Assembly (NCBI GenBank): GCA_050950825.1
Contig: JBMNIH010000009.1
Coordinates: forward strand, 32,001-96,000
Direction of reading: 5' to 3'
DNA: 64,000 nt
Source: Clostridia bacterium
GTDB lineage: Bacteria > Bacillota > Clostridia > JAAYHZ01
A model generated the notes under the pieces. That model made no database searches. It saw only the letters and a list, made by a program, of their open reading frames with translations, and had not been told where the DNA came from. The translations under genes and the position numbers were made by a program. This document shows, piece after piece, positions 38,187 through 48,028 of this stretch (position 1 is its first letter; each line of letters begins with the position of its first letter).

Positions 38187-39572
38187 ATGGAGAATGAAAA
38201 TTTGACACGAAACAAATATTGCTTCGGATTAGGAACGGTAGGAAGGGATATGCTGTACACGTTGGTCAGCATGTATCTGTTGTTTTATCTTACGGACATA
38301 TTGAATCTGCCGGATTCTACCATGTGGTGGATGACTGCCGTTCTTACGGTCTTGAGAGTTTTTGATGCCGTAAACGATCCCTTTATGGGCGTTTTGGTGG
38401 ACAATACCAAGTCACGCTACGGAAAGTTCAAGCCTTGGATTGCCGTAGGTGCCGTTTTGGCCGGTGTATTTACGGTACTGATGTTTACCGATACGGGAAT
38501 GACCGGCTCTTCCTATATCGTCTTTTTCACCTTCGTTTACTTGACCTGGGATATCGTATACGGTGCCAACGATATCGCTTATTGGTCCATGCTGCCTTCT
38601 TTGACCATCGATTTGAGAGAGCGGGAAAAAATCGGGTCTTTCGCGAAAATATGCGCCAATGTGGGTATGTATATCGTCGTTGTGGCCATTATTCCGGTTA
38701 CGGAAATCTTAAGCCGTTTGACCGGCAGCGCCGTTCAAGGATGGTTTGTTTTCTCGTTGATCGTTGCCGGGTTGCTTTTGCTGTTTCAAAGCTTTACCGT
38801 GTTCGGCGTAAAAGAGATGAAAGGGACATTCAAAGAAGAAGAAAAGACGACTTTACGGGAAATGTTTTCGGTCATCTTTAAAAACGACCAATTGATGGTA
38901 ACCGCCGTAGCCATGGCCTTGTTCATGATCGGATACTGCACGACTACAAGCTTCGGGGTCTACTTTTTCAAGTATGGGTATAAGGATGAATCCATGTATT
39001 CCGTGTTTGCCGGGGTATTGGGCGTATCGCAAATCACCGCATTATCTTTATTCCCCGTCTTCGCCAAAAGGTATAACCGAAAACGGTTGTACACTTTTGC
39101 AACCGCTATGGTTGCGGCAGGCTATATCGTATTTTTCTTTGCTCCGATGAAAATGATCCCCATCGGAATTGCGGGTATTTTGGTGTTTATCGGGGAAGCC
39201 TTCATCTCCATTCTCATGCTGATGTTCTTAACGGATACCATTGAGTACGGCCAATGGAAGTTTCGGAAAAGAAACGAAAGCATCACTTTTTCCATCCAAC
39301 CGTTTATAAATAAAATAGGGGGTGCGATCGCCAACGGGATCGTCGGGATTACGGTGATCATTGCAGGAATCAATAGAGCAGAAACTCCCGAGGACGTAAC
39401 CTCGGAAGGGCTCTTAATCATGAAGCTTGCCATGTTGGTGCTTCCGCTTATTTTTATCGCCGTAGGATATTTCATTTACTTATCTAAATTCAAAATAGAT
39501 GACCGGCTTTTCGAGCAAATCGTAGCCGAATTGAAGCAAAGAGGAGATATTCGCAAGCCCTATTCGGAATAA
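38187..39572 (+). CDS. GPH-family (MelB-like) sugar:cation symporter
   Basis: GTVGRD, DAVNDPFMGVLVDNTKSRYGKFKPW, DTIEYGQWK; multi-TM. Confidence 0.92.
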   Translation: MENENLTRNKYCFGLGTVGRDMLYTLVSMYLLFYLTDILNLPDSTMWWMTAVLTVLRVFDAVNDPFMGVLVDNTKSRYGKFKPWIAVGAVLAGVFTVLMFTDTGMTGSSYIVFFTFVYLTWDIVYGANDIAYWSMLPSLTIDLREREKIGSFAKICANVGMYIVVVAIIPVTEILSRLTGSAVQGWFVFSLIVAGLLLLFQSFTVFGVKEMKGTFKEEEKTTLREMFSVIFKNDQLMVTAVAMALFMIGYCTTTSFGVYFFKYGYKDESMYSVFAGVLGVSQITALSLFPVFAKRYNRKRLYTFATAMVAAGYIVFFFAPMKMIPIGIAGILVFIGEAFISILMLMFLTDTIEYGQWKFRKRNESITFSIQPFINKIGGAIANGIVGITVIIAGINRAETPEDVTSEGLLIMKLAMLVLPLIFIAVGYFIYLSKFKIDDRLFEQIVAELKQRGDIRKPYSE

Positions 39573-39598
39573 CTAAAAGACGACCTTTTGCTCGGGTG

Positions 39599-39647
39599 TT
39601 GTACTTTCTCGGGATATCGGATAAAATGATACGTGAACCGTTACGGT
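39599..39647 (+). promoter_or_regulatory. Sigma-A promoter with downstream palindromic operator candidate
   Basis: TTGTAC-N17-TAAAAT, then ACCGT-T-ACGGT at 39637-39647. Confidence 0.5.
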
Positions 39648-39675
39648 AAAAAACCTATGCAGAGAGGAAATCATT

Positions 39676-41688
39676 ATGGGAGACAGACAAGCACCTTATC
39701 GTTACTTCAAGCCTCGCAAAATGGCAAGCTGGGTAACGGAGCTGGAAGACATCTTATGGCCTGCCAATAACATTGTAGAAAAAATCAAAAAAAGAGCGAA
39801 AAGCTTTGCGGATGCAGGCATCGATACGGCCATAAATTTCGGTTTCCATCTACGATTTGATTTTTCCGACTATTTCGAAATGCTCCACGGATATTTTAAA
39901 AACGTATGCGACGAATTGCATAAATACGGAATCAAGTTCATGGACCATTACAGCTGCAATCTGGTGGAAAGACCTCGAACCAAAGAGGATCTGTATTTTT
40001 TGCATAACGCCCACAAACACCACGTGCTTTTGCATAAGGACAGCAAAGCCGCCGAGTTTGCCCGGTACGAAGGCTATCGTTTTCAAGACCTGTGTGAAAA
40101 GCGCGTTGATGACGGCACGAGAGGCTACAGTTGGAATTACCAAGCGGAAATGTTTTGCCACAACAATCCCGATTTTTTGGATATGCATAAAAAGTATTTG
40201 CAGCGTTTATTGGAAGAAGTACCGATCGACGGATTGGAAATTGACGATATGTGCGATTACGGTTCCTTTTCCACCTGTGCTTGCGAATACTGTAAAGAAC
40301 GCTTCCGAAAAGAATTCGGGAGGGAATTGCCGCCATTCGAAGACAAGGATTTTTGGGGCAATACCGACGGGCATCCGACGACTTGGGGAAATTACGACAA
40401 CCCCGCCTTCCGCGATTGGGTTATGTTAAAAGCCAATTCCGCTCGCGATCATATTAAGATGGTAAAAAGTATAATCGGCGATCGCCCGCTTATGACCTGC
40501 TGTTCCGCAACGGGACCCATGGTTTTAAACGGATTGGGGTTGAATTTGGAGCGGTTCATGGACAACCTGGACCTTCTCATGCTTGAAAACTGCGGTATGG
40601 GCGTTAACACCGTGATTTGGGATCGGATTGAAGCGGAAGCCTTGATGCAGAAAAACATCGCCCTGAACATGGGCAATGCCCCCGCTTTGGCGTTAAGCTA
40701 TTCCGTATACGATACCGGTGCTTACATGGGTTGGGCTTTCGCAAGATTCTGGGGAGTATCCAACTGGGCAAGCACCTTGGAAGGACGCCTAAGCCACGAT
40801 CCGGGCGACTTTAAAGAAATTCACGAACTGATCGGGCCATGCAATAACTGGGAGGATCGATACAGCCCGTTGGATCCTTGTGAAGGCGAGGATGTTTACG
40901 AAGTGCGATTGGTAAACTCTCTGCTTAACCGTGAAAACGGGCATCGGGACGAACAAGGATACGACCATTGGACCAAATCCTCCTCTTGGTCGAAAGCTCT
41001 GCTCCGCTGCAATGTAGGATACCGCTTTGTACGGTTCACGGAGCTATCCGACAAAGACCGCTTATTAAGCGAAGATACGCCCTTGATTATCGATAACTGC
41101 GGTGTCGTATCGGATGAGCAGTTCGAAGCCATTAAAGCTTATCTTGAAAAAGGGGGAAAAGCCGTTATCGTTCCGCCTTTCGGTACAAAGGATGCCAAAG
41201 GCTTTAGAAGAGAAAAACCCTTGTTCGAGCTTTTGGAAAAAGGAAATTACCCCGGTTTGGTGATCTTGGAAAACGATTTGGCCGACGAAGCAATCGTTAA
41301 AAAGCTTATGGAAAGCAATGTAATCCGTCCTCGCATCCGCCAATTGGAGGGAGACGATACATGGGCGGTAAAGATAAGAAAGCATAAAGGTCGTTTGGTC
41401 ATGCACATTTTGAATCGTGCCATCGAAGGGATCCCTCATCCGGATTTGACTTCGCCCTACGGGGGAGGCCGAATTCTTCTGGATATTAAGAATACGAACA
41501 AACAAGAGGTTTTGTCGTATGCGGTCAAAACGGACCGAATGGAAGGACCGTGGGAAAATTTGTATTTTATGAGCCCCGAAACGGGATCCGTGAAAAGGGA
41601 AGTTGCGGCAGAGCAAATATCCGATGACGAAGTAAAAATAACTTTTAGTATAAAAGACATTAGGCTTTACGGAATCGTATCGCAATAA
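39676..41688 (+). CDS. Uncharacterised putative glycoside hydrolase (GH42-like architecture), copy 1
   Basis: FCHNNPDF, DGLEIDD and CACEYC..FR..FG..LP pattern, followed by a trimerisation-like domain (VSDEQFEAIKAYLEKGG). Confidence 0.55.
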   Translation: MGDRQAPYRYFKPRKMASWVTELEDILWPANNIVEKIKKRAKSFADAGIDTAINFGFHLRFDFSDYFEMLHGYFKNVCDELHKYGIKFMDHYSCNLVERPRTKEDLYFLHNAHKHHVLLHKDSKAAEFARYEGYRFQDLCEKRVDDGTRGYSWNYQAEMFCHNNPDFLDMHKKYLQRLLEEVPIDGLEIDDMCDYGSFSTCACEYCKERFRKEFGRELPPFEDKDFWGNTDGHPTTWGNYDNPAFRDWVMLKANSARDHIKMVKSIIGDRPLMTCCSATGPMVLNGLGLNLERFMDNLDLLMLENCGMGVNTVIWDRIEAEALMQKNIALNMGNAPALALSYSVYDTGAYMGWAFARFWGVSNWASTLEGRLSHDPGDFKEIHELIGPCNNWEDRYSPLDPCEGEDVYEVRLVNSLLNRENGHRDEQGYDHWTKSSSWSKALLRCNVGYRFVRFTELSDKDRLLSEDTPLIIDNCGVVSDEQFEAIKAYLEKGGKAVIVPPFGTKDAKGFRREKPLFELLEKGNYPGLVILENDLADEAIVKKLMESNVIRPRIRQLEGDDTWAVKIRKHKGRLVMHILNRAIEGIPHPDLTSPYGGGRILLDIKNTNKQEVLSYAVKTDRMEGPWENLYFMSPETGSVKREVAAEQISDDEVKITFSIKDIRLYGIVSQ

Positions 41689-41704
41689 AGAAAAGAGGTT
41701 TATT

Positions 41705-43717
41705 ATGAGCGACAGACAAACACCCTATAAATATTTTAGACCTAGAAAAATGGCCAGCTGGGTAACCGAGCTTGACGACATTTTATGGCCGAGCAAAGCG
41801 GTAATCGAGAAAATCAAGAAGAGAGCCAAAGGATTTGCCGATGCGGGAATCGACACGGCGATTAACTACGGCTTTCATCTTCGTTTCGATTTTTCCGACT
41901 ATTTTGAAATGCTCCACGGCTATTTGAAAGATGTGTGCGACGAGCTTCACAAATACGGTATTAAATTTATGGATCACTACAGCTGCAACTTGGTGGAAAG
42001 ACCGCGAACAAAAGAAGATTTCTTTTTCCTTCGCAACGCCCACAGGCACCACGTTCTTTTGCATAAGGACAGCAAAGCCGCCGAGTTTGCCCAATACGAA
42101 GGCTATCGCTTCCAAGATATATGCGAAAAACGTATAGCCGACGGAACCCGAGGCTACAGCTGGAATTACCAGGCGGAAATGTTCTGTCACAACAACCCGA
42201 ACTTTTTGGATATGCATCGAAAATACTTGGAAAGATTGTTTAACGATGTACCCATAGACGGATTGGAAATTGACGATATGTGCGATTACGGCGCATTTTC
42301 CACTTGCTGCTGCGATTACTGCAAAGAGCGCTTCCGGAAAGAATTCGGAAGAGAACTGCCTCCCTTTGAAGATAAGGATTTTTGGGGCAATACGGACGCA
42401 CATCCGACGGCATGGGGGAATTATGAAAATCCCGCTTTCCGGGATTGGGTGATGTTAAAAGCGAACTCCGCTAAAGACCACATCAAAATGGTAAAAGAAA
42501 TATTGGGGGACCGCCCCTTAATGACGTGCTGCTCCGCAACCGGACCCATGGTTTTAAATGGCTTGGGTCTGAACCTGGAACGGTTTATGGATAATTTGGA
42601 TTTGCTTATGCTGGAAAACTGCGGCATGGGTGTCGATACGGTTTTATGGGACCGAAAAGAAGCGGAAGCGCTGCTTCAAAAAAACATTGCTCTGAACATG
42701 GGACGTGCACCGGCTATCGCTTTGAGCTACTTTGTATACGATCCCGGAGCCTATTTGGGATGGGCTTTGGCAAGGTTCTGGGGTGTGTCCAACTGGGCGA
42801 GCACCATGGCAGGAAGATTAAGCCACGACCCCGGAGACTTTAAGGAAACCCACGAGCTTTTAGCGCCTTGTAACAACTGGGAAGACCGATACAGTCGAAT
42901 CGATCCTTGCGAGGGAGAAGATATCTATGAGGTGCGTTTGGTCAACAACCTTTTATGCCGAGAAAACGGACATCGAGACGATAAGGGAAGAGACCATTGG
43001 ACGAAGGTCGCCGCATGGTCGAGGGCGTTGCTTCATAGCAACGTAGGATATCGTTTCTTACGCTATACCGAGCTTGCCGATGAAGAACGCCTTATCAGCG
43101 AAGACACGCCTTTGATTATCGATAATTGCGGAGTGGTATCCGACGCCCAGTTTAACGCGATAAAAGCATTTTTGGAAAAGGGCGGCAAGGTGATTCTTTC
43201 TCTTCCTTTCGGCATACGCGACGAAAAAGGATACCTTCGTGAAAAGCCTTTGTCCGAGGAGCTTTTAAACAAAGGATACAAAGGTCTTGTGTTGTTGGAA
43301 AACGTCGATTCGGCCGATGCATCCGTTGTTTCCCGATTGATCAGTGAAAATCATATCGTACCGAGAATTCGTCAAACGGAAGGGGATCCTACTTGGGCGG
43401 TCCGTATCCGAAAACATAAGGATAAACTCGTTATGCATGTATTGAATCGAGCATTGGAAGCAATCCCGCATCCGTCATTGACTTCTTCATTGGGACCTCA
43501 GAAGATATTGAAGGATTTTAAAGCGGTTCACAAAAACGATGTGATTACCTATGAAGTAAATATCGACGGAATTGTTGACGAATGGAACAATTTGACTTTC
43601 ATGACACCCGAAACCGGTTCAGTGAAACATGAAGTGAAAACGGAAATGATATCCGACCGGCTTGTACGGGTATCGATAAACGTGAAGGATCTTGTTTTGT
43701 ACGGTATAATTTCATAA
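41705..43717 (+). CDS. Uncharacterised putative glycoside hydrolase, copy 2 (tandem paralog)
   Basis: Same length (670 aa) and colinear with 39676-41688. Confidence 0.55.
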   Translation: MSDRQTPYKYFRPRKMASWVTELDDILWPSKAVIEKIKKRAKGFADAGIDTAINYGFHLRFDFSDYFEMLHGYLKDVCDELHKYGIKFMDHYSCNLVERPRTKEDFFFLRNAHRHHVLLHKDSKAAEFAQYEGYRFQDICEKRIADGTRGYSWNYQAEMFCHNNPNFLDMHRKYLERLFNDVPIDGLEIDDMCDYGAFSTCCCDYCKERFRKEFGRELPPFEDKDFWGNTDAHPTAWGNYENPAFRDWVMLKANSAKDHIKMVKEILGDRPLMTCCSATGPMVLNGLGLNLERFMDNLDLLMLENCGMGVDTVLWDRKEAEALLQKNIALNMGRAPAIALSYFVYDPGAYLGWALARFWGVSNWASTMAGRLSHDPGDFKETHELLAPCNNWEDRYSRIDPCEGEDIYEVRLVNNLLCRENGHRDDKGRDHWTKVAAWSRALLHSNVGYRFLRYTELADEERLISEDTPLIIDNCGVVSDAQFNAIKAFLEKGGKVILSLPFGIRDEKGYLREKPLSEELLNKGYKGLVLLENVDSADASVVSRLISENHIVPRIRQTEGDPTWAVRIRKHKDKLVMHVLNRALEAIPHPSLTSSLGPQKILKDFKAVHKNDVITYEVNIDGIVDEWNNLTFMTPETGSVKHEVKTEMISDRLVRVSINVKDLVLYGIIS

Positions 43718-43729
43718 GCGGAGGTTTTC

Positions 43730-44206
43730 ATGAGTATTTTTAACGATGACGTAATGGAAGCGTTTGCAAGCGGCATGTTGAATGCGGTTTGCGAGTACGT
43801 CAGCAATGTAATCGGATGCGAGATGCTATTCAATCCGAAGGTCACGCTTGAGGAAGCCGTCCGGCGGGGGTTTGAAGAAAGCTCCGTGGATGATACTTAC
43901 GAGCGATACGGAATTGAAACGATTTTTCGGTTGTTGGAGCGAAGCGATTACAAGAGTTACGAAGAGTTGGATGTATTAAGAAAGAAATATACCGACAAAG
44001 TGATGAAGCTCTGTGTCAATTTCTACAAAAAAGCGCTAACCGAAACTTATGAAAAAAATCCCGGCATGTCGACGGAGGAGTTGTCCGATATATTGTCGGA
44101 TGATTTGACTTTATCCGGATCCGTTTATAACGAGAATTATATGATACGAAAAATCATGAAACTGTTAAGAGAATACGAAGAGCGTGTAAACGCCGTGGAA
44201 TGGTAA
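43730..44206 (+). CDS. Hypothetical protein
   Basis: GGAGG RBS, within the operon; no recognised motif. Confidence 0.65.
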   Translation: MSIFNDDVMEAFASGMLNAVCEYVSNVIGCEMLFNPKVTLEEAVRRGFEESSVDDTYERYGIETIFRLLERSDYKSYEELDVLRKKYTDKVMKLCVNFYKKALTETYEKNPGMSTEELSDILSDDLTLSGSVYNENYMIRKIMKLLREYEERVNAVEW

Positions 44207-44217
44207 GGAGTTGTGCC

Positions 44218-45189
44218 GTGAAAAAGTATTTTTTAGGTGTAGACGGTGGAGGCACGAAATTACTGTCCCTTTTATTCGACGAAGATTTGAATTTCATTTC
44301 ATCGGGAGTCGGAGGGCCGATAAATCCGAACTTTTCCACTTTGGATCAAGTCAAGGAGAGCATGATTCAAAGCATCACCGGGTGCCTGCCCGAAGGATTT
44401 AGAGAACCGATTCAATGTTGCCATATCACGATGCCGGGACCGGCGGAGCTCTATGTGGAGCTGCTGTCGGAACGCTGTCCGGTTATTGAGAGCAGGAGAT
44501 TAAGCGAAGGAGGTGCTTGCCTTTTGGCCGGTATCCAAAAGAAAACGGGTATCGTGGCATTGGCCGGCACGGGATCCGGCGCCTTTTATATCGTGGACAT
44601 CGAGCGGATGTATCATCTTGGCGGATGGGGATCGTTAGTAGGAGACGAGGGGAGCGGATACGATATCGGAGCGAAAGGACTTCGTGCCGCCATATACTCC
44701 TATGACGGCAGGGGTCCGAAAACCGTTTTGGAAGAGATGTTTAAAAGCTATTTCCAAGTGGAAGACTTTGTTGAAATTCGAAGCATTATATATAAAAATC
44801 CCAATTATCGCTCGACTTTATCCAAGCTGTGTTTACTTGTTTTGCAAGCGGCACGGCAAGGAGACCCTTGTGCGGTCAATATTATGAAAGAAGCGGGAAA
44901 AGACATGGCTTTGCAGGTGACGACCCTTATGAAACGAGAAGGAGTACCGGAAAAAGGAGTCGATATCGTGGTCTCCGGAAGCGTATGGAAGAAAAACTCG
45001 CATATGTTTGATTCGTTCAAGCAAGAAGTACAGAATCTTTATCCCCGCATTGTCGTATCGAAGCCTCTTTTTGAGCCTGCGGTAGGTTCGGTCGTTTTTG
45101 AAGCTTTTCGTCTGTACGACGAGATCGACAATGATAGGAGAAATCACCTGAAAGAGCAATTCCAAGGGTTTTTGTACGACCCGGTGTAA
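44218..45189 (+). CDS. BadF/BadG/BcrA/BcrD-family sugar kinase (GlcNAc-kinase-like)
   Basis: LGVDGGGTK, AGTGS, GGWGSLVGDEGSG; GTG start with AAGGAG RBS. Confidence 0.88.
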   Translation: MKKYFLGVDGGGTKLLSLLFDEDLNFISSGVGGPINPNFSTLDQVKESMIQSITGCLPEGFREPIQCCHITMPGPAELYVELLSERCPVIESRRLSEGGACLLAGIQKKTGIVALAGTGSGAFYIVDIERMYHLGGWGSLVGDEGSGYDIGAKGLRAAIYSYDGRGPKTVLEEMFKSYFQVEDFVEIRSIIYKNPNYRSTLSKLCLLVLQAARQGDPCAVNIMKEAGKDMALQVTTLMKREGVPEKGVDIVVSGSVWKKNSHMFDSFKQEVQNLYPRIVVSKPLFEPAVGSVVFEAFRLYDEIDNDRRNHLKEQFQGFLYDPV

Positions 45190-45216
45190 AAGAAGAAAGG
45201 AAGGTTTAAAAAGCCA

Positions 45217-45954
45217 ATGATTCAAACCTATTTTAGTGAAATACAGCGTATTTTGGATGAAATACTGAAAACCCAGAAGCCGGTCATGGAGAAAACGGCG
45301 GAGATTTTGGCGGATGCCATTGCGGACCGTCGCAACATTTTTGTTTTCGGCTGCAGCCACGCCGGTATATTGGCGCAAGAAATGTTTTACAGAACCGGCG
45401 GCTTGGCGGTTATCAATCCCATTCTTCCACCGGGGCTGACCTTGGAGGTTCGTCCGGTGACCATGACCACCGATATGGAACGGTTGGAAGGCTACGGGAA
45501 AACGATTTTAAAATCCTCCGGAATCAAAGAAGGAGATGTGTTGATTATCCATTCCGTATCCGGAAGGAATGCCGTACCGGTGGAAATGGCGATAGAAGCA
45601 AGAAAGACGGGTGTAACCGTGGTGGCCTTAACCAACGTGAAATATTCGAAATCGGTTACATCCAGACACAGCAGCGGAAAAAGGCTGTTTGAAGTATGCG
45701 ATTACCTTTTGGACAATTGCGGAAGCATCGGTGACACGGTTTGCAAGATTGAAGGGTTCGATCAAAAGGTAGCCGCTTCTTCTACGGTTTCGGGAGCCGC
45801 CATCTTGAATGCCATATTGGCCGAGACGGTGGACCGAGTCGTGAAAAAAGGCTTAGTTCCTCCCGTGTTTATCAGTGCGAACATGGAGGGAGGAGACGAG
45901 CACAACGCTCGCATTTTAAAAGAATACAAAGACAACATCAAATATATGGATTAA
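45217..45954 (+). CDS. SIS-domain sugar-phosphate isomerase-like protein
   Basis: FGCSHA, FYRTGGL, HSVSGRN, SRHSSGKRL, PPVFISAN. Confidence 0.88.
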   Translation: MIQTYFSEIQRILDEILKTQKPVMEKTAEILADAIADRRNIFVFGCSHAGILAQEMFYRTGGLAVINPILPPGLTLEVRPVTMTTDMERLEGYGKTILKSSGIKEGDVLIIHSVSGRNAVPVEMAIEARKTGVTVVALTNVKYSKSVTSRHSSGKRLFEVCDYLLDNCGSIGDTVCKIEGFDQKVAASSTVSGAAILNAILAETVDRVVKKGLVPPVFISANMEGGDEHNARILKEYKDNIKYMD

Positions 45955-45966
45955 GGTAATGATTTT

Positions 45967-46386
45967 ATGGCAGACACGGATCGGCGCTGCCCCTATTGCC
46001 ATGCGGCGGTAAAGCAAAGAGCTTTTCGATGCGCCGCATGCGGCAGCCTCATCGGAAGGAAAAATAAAAATATTCCGAGCATTGAACCGGAACCAAGGGA
46101 AGATGCGGAGCCTTCGAATTGCCTCGAGACCGAAGAGGTTCTTCCGAAAAGAAGAGCCCTTTCCACGACCGGTGCAGGCTTGTTTTTGTTCGGACTTATG
46201 GTGTTCATTCCCTTGGTCGGTCAATTGGCCGGACTTATCACCGGACTTGTGTTGTTCTTGCAGGGTAAAAGCAAAGACGGAAAATACAAGGGAAGAGTGT
46301 ATATATTTCAATACTTCTTGTTTTTCGTCTTTTGGTTTGCCGTACTCTATTTCCTAAACGAATACTTCGGGTTGGTAAAGTTTTAG
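45967..46386 (+). CDS. Zinc-ribbon membrane protein
   Basis: CPYC..CAAC at the N-terminus plus hydrophobic C-terminal segments. Confidence 0.6.
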   Translation: MADTDRRCPYCHAAVKQRAFRCAACGSLIGRKNKNIPSIEPEPREDAEPSNCLETEEVLPKRRALSTTGAGLFLFGLMVFIPLVGQLAGLITGLVLFLQGKSKDGKYKGRVYIFQYFLFFVFWFAVLYFLNEYFGLVKF

Positions 46387-46388
46387 AT

Positions 46389-46979
46389 ATGACGGATAAG
46401 GAAACGTTAAGAAAAAGAATTCTTGCCGTAAGAAAAGGCTTGGATGAAGAAACAAAAAAGCGTTTGGGGCGGATTATATGCCAAAAGCTCTTGGATTCTT
46501 CTCTGTATAAGGAAGCAAAAACGGTTATGAGCTACATGGATTTTCGAAACGAAGCTCCGACGGAGGTTTTGAACCGTGCCTGTTTATCCGACGGTAAAAA
46601 TCTTTTGTTGCCTTACTGTATAGACGATAAAAATATGCATGCCGTAAAAGCGGAGCTTTTACCGGACGAATCCTTCACGGACCGCTTCGGCATTCGGGTT
46701 CCGAAAAACGCTCTCGAATATGTTTGGGATCCGAAAAGGATCGACCTTTTGGTTGTGCCCGGAGTGGTGTTCAACCGAAAGTGTTATCGTATCGGCTACG
46801 GGAAAGGCTTTTACGATCGGTTTTTGACACTAGTGAAGCCGGATTGCATCAAGGTGGGGTTTGCATACGAATTTCAGATCGTCGACGATCATTTTCAGCG
46901 GGATTACGATATCCCGACGGATATATTAATCAGTGAAAAGCGGGTCTATTACAATGAAAATAGTGGAGTTGGATTATAA
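46389..46979 (+). CDS. 5-formyltetrahydrofolate cyclo-ligase
   Basis: KETLRK, DLLVVPG, RIGYGKGFYDRFL; likely ATG at 46389. Confidence 0.93.
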   Translation: MTDKETLRKRILAVRKGLDEETKKRLGRIICQKLLDSSLYKEAKTVMSYMDFRNEAPTEVLNRACLSDGKNLLLPYCIDDKNMHAVKAELLPDESFTDRFGIRVPKNALEYVWDPKRIDLLVVPGVVFNRKCYRIGYGKGFYDRFLTLVKPDCIKVGFAYEFQIVDDHFQRDYDIPTDILISEKRVYYNENSGVGL

Positions 46980-47937
46980 CAAGGAGAATACGGTAACAAG
47001 AGCGAACAAGCTGTTTTTTGTGTTCTGTACCCTTTTTTTGATTTCCCGATTGGCCTTTACCCTTTATATGAACTTTCAAATTGAGCTTTACGGTTTGGAT
47101 GTGGCCAACAACATGTTTGACGATTACACATATCCTCTCATTCTTTACAATGAGATTGTTTTGGTTTTGCTGCCCGCCTTAATCTACACGTTGATATACC
47201 GGCTGAATATACCCTACGGATTTCGCTTCAACACGTTAAAGTTCAAGAATCTGATTATCATCCTTCTACTGAGCGTTCCGTTGTATGTTTTCTTAAGCTC
47301 GGTAAACAGCATTTCCTATTACTTTCTGCAGCATGTAGGGGATATTCCTGCAAGGGACCTTCCTTTGCCGAAAAATGCAAGAGAATTCATCCTAAGCCTT
47401 TTCATTGTGGCATTTATACCCGCCGTTTGCGAGGAATATTTCCTTCGGGGAATCCTTCTTAACGCCTACAACCGAAGAGGCGCTTTTTCCGCCATTATAT
47501 CAGGCGGCATATTCTTTTCGATTTTTCATTTCGATTTGACCAATATTTTGGCACCCTTTTTCTTCGGCGTTATTATCGGCTATGTGGTTTTGCGAACCAA
47601 TTCCATCTATGCCGGTATTTTAGCCCATTTTCTCAACAACGCCATTGCCCATACCATGATGTTTGTTGCGAGCAAACCCGATGCTCCGGCCATTGTCCGT
47701 ATTTCCCCGGATGAATTTTTCGGGATTTTACTGCAATGTCTTGTCTCTTTGGCCGTCATTTTCCTGCTGCTCATGGCCATAAAAGCGTTGAACCCTCAAG
47801 TAAAATTAAAAAAGACCATTCGAAATCCCTTTTTAGGTTTCTTTGATATTATCACCCATTGGCCCGTTTTGCTTTCACTCGTGTTGTACGGCCTTCGCAC
47901 ATATTTTATCCTCATTCGCGTACAATTTATAAAATAA
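46954..47937 (+). CDS. CPBP/Abi-family intramembrane metalloprotease
   Basis: EEYFLRG, FSIFH, HFLNN motifs. Confidence 0.88.
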   Translation: MKIVELDYNKENTVTRANKLFFVFCTLFLISRLAFTLYMNFQIELYGLDVANNMFDDYTYPLILYNEIVLVLLPALIYTLIYRLNIPYGFRFNTLKFKNLIIILLLSVPLYVFLSSVNSISYYFLQHVGDIPARDLPLPKNAREFILSLFIVAFIPAVCEEYFLRGILLNAYNRRGAFSAIISGGIFFSIFHFDLTNILAPFFFGVIIGYVVLRTNSIYAGILAHFLNNAIAHTMMFVASKPDAPAIVRISPDEFFGILLQCLVSLAVIFLLLMAIKALNPQVKLKKTIRNPFLGFFDIITHWPVLLSLVLYGLRTYFILIRVQFIK

Positions 47938-47960
47938 CGCCGTCTTTTTTCTTTAAATAG

Positions 47961-47988
47961 GTATAAACATTCATTTCCCACATATATT
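47961..47988 (+). promoter_or_regulatory. Putative SigE promoter of spoIVA
   Basis: GTATAA-N14-CATATATT resembles the SigE consensus; spoIVA is SigE-controlled in studied spore-formers. Confidence 0.65.
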
Positions 47989-48028
47989 TGTTATGGTACA
48001 AGTTTTAATGAATCAAGGGGGAATTTGA

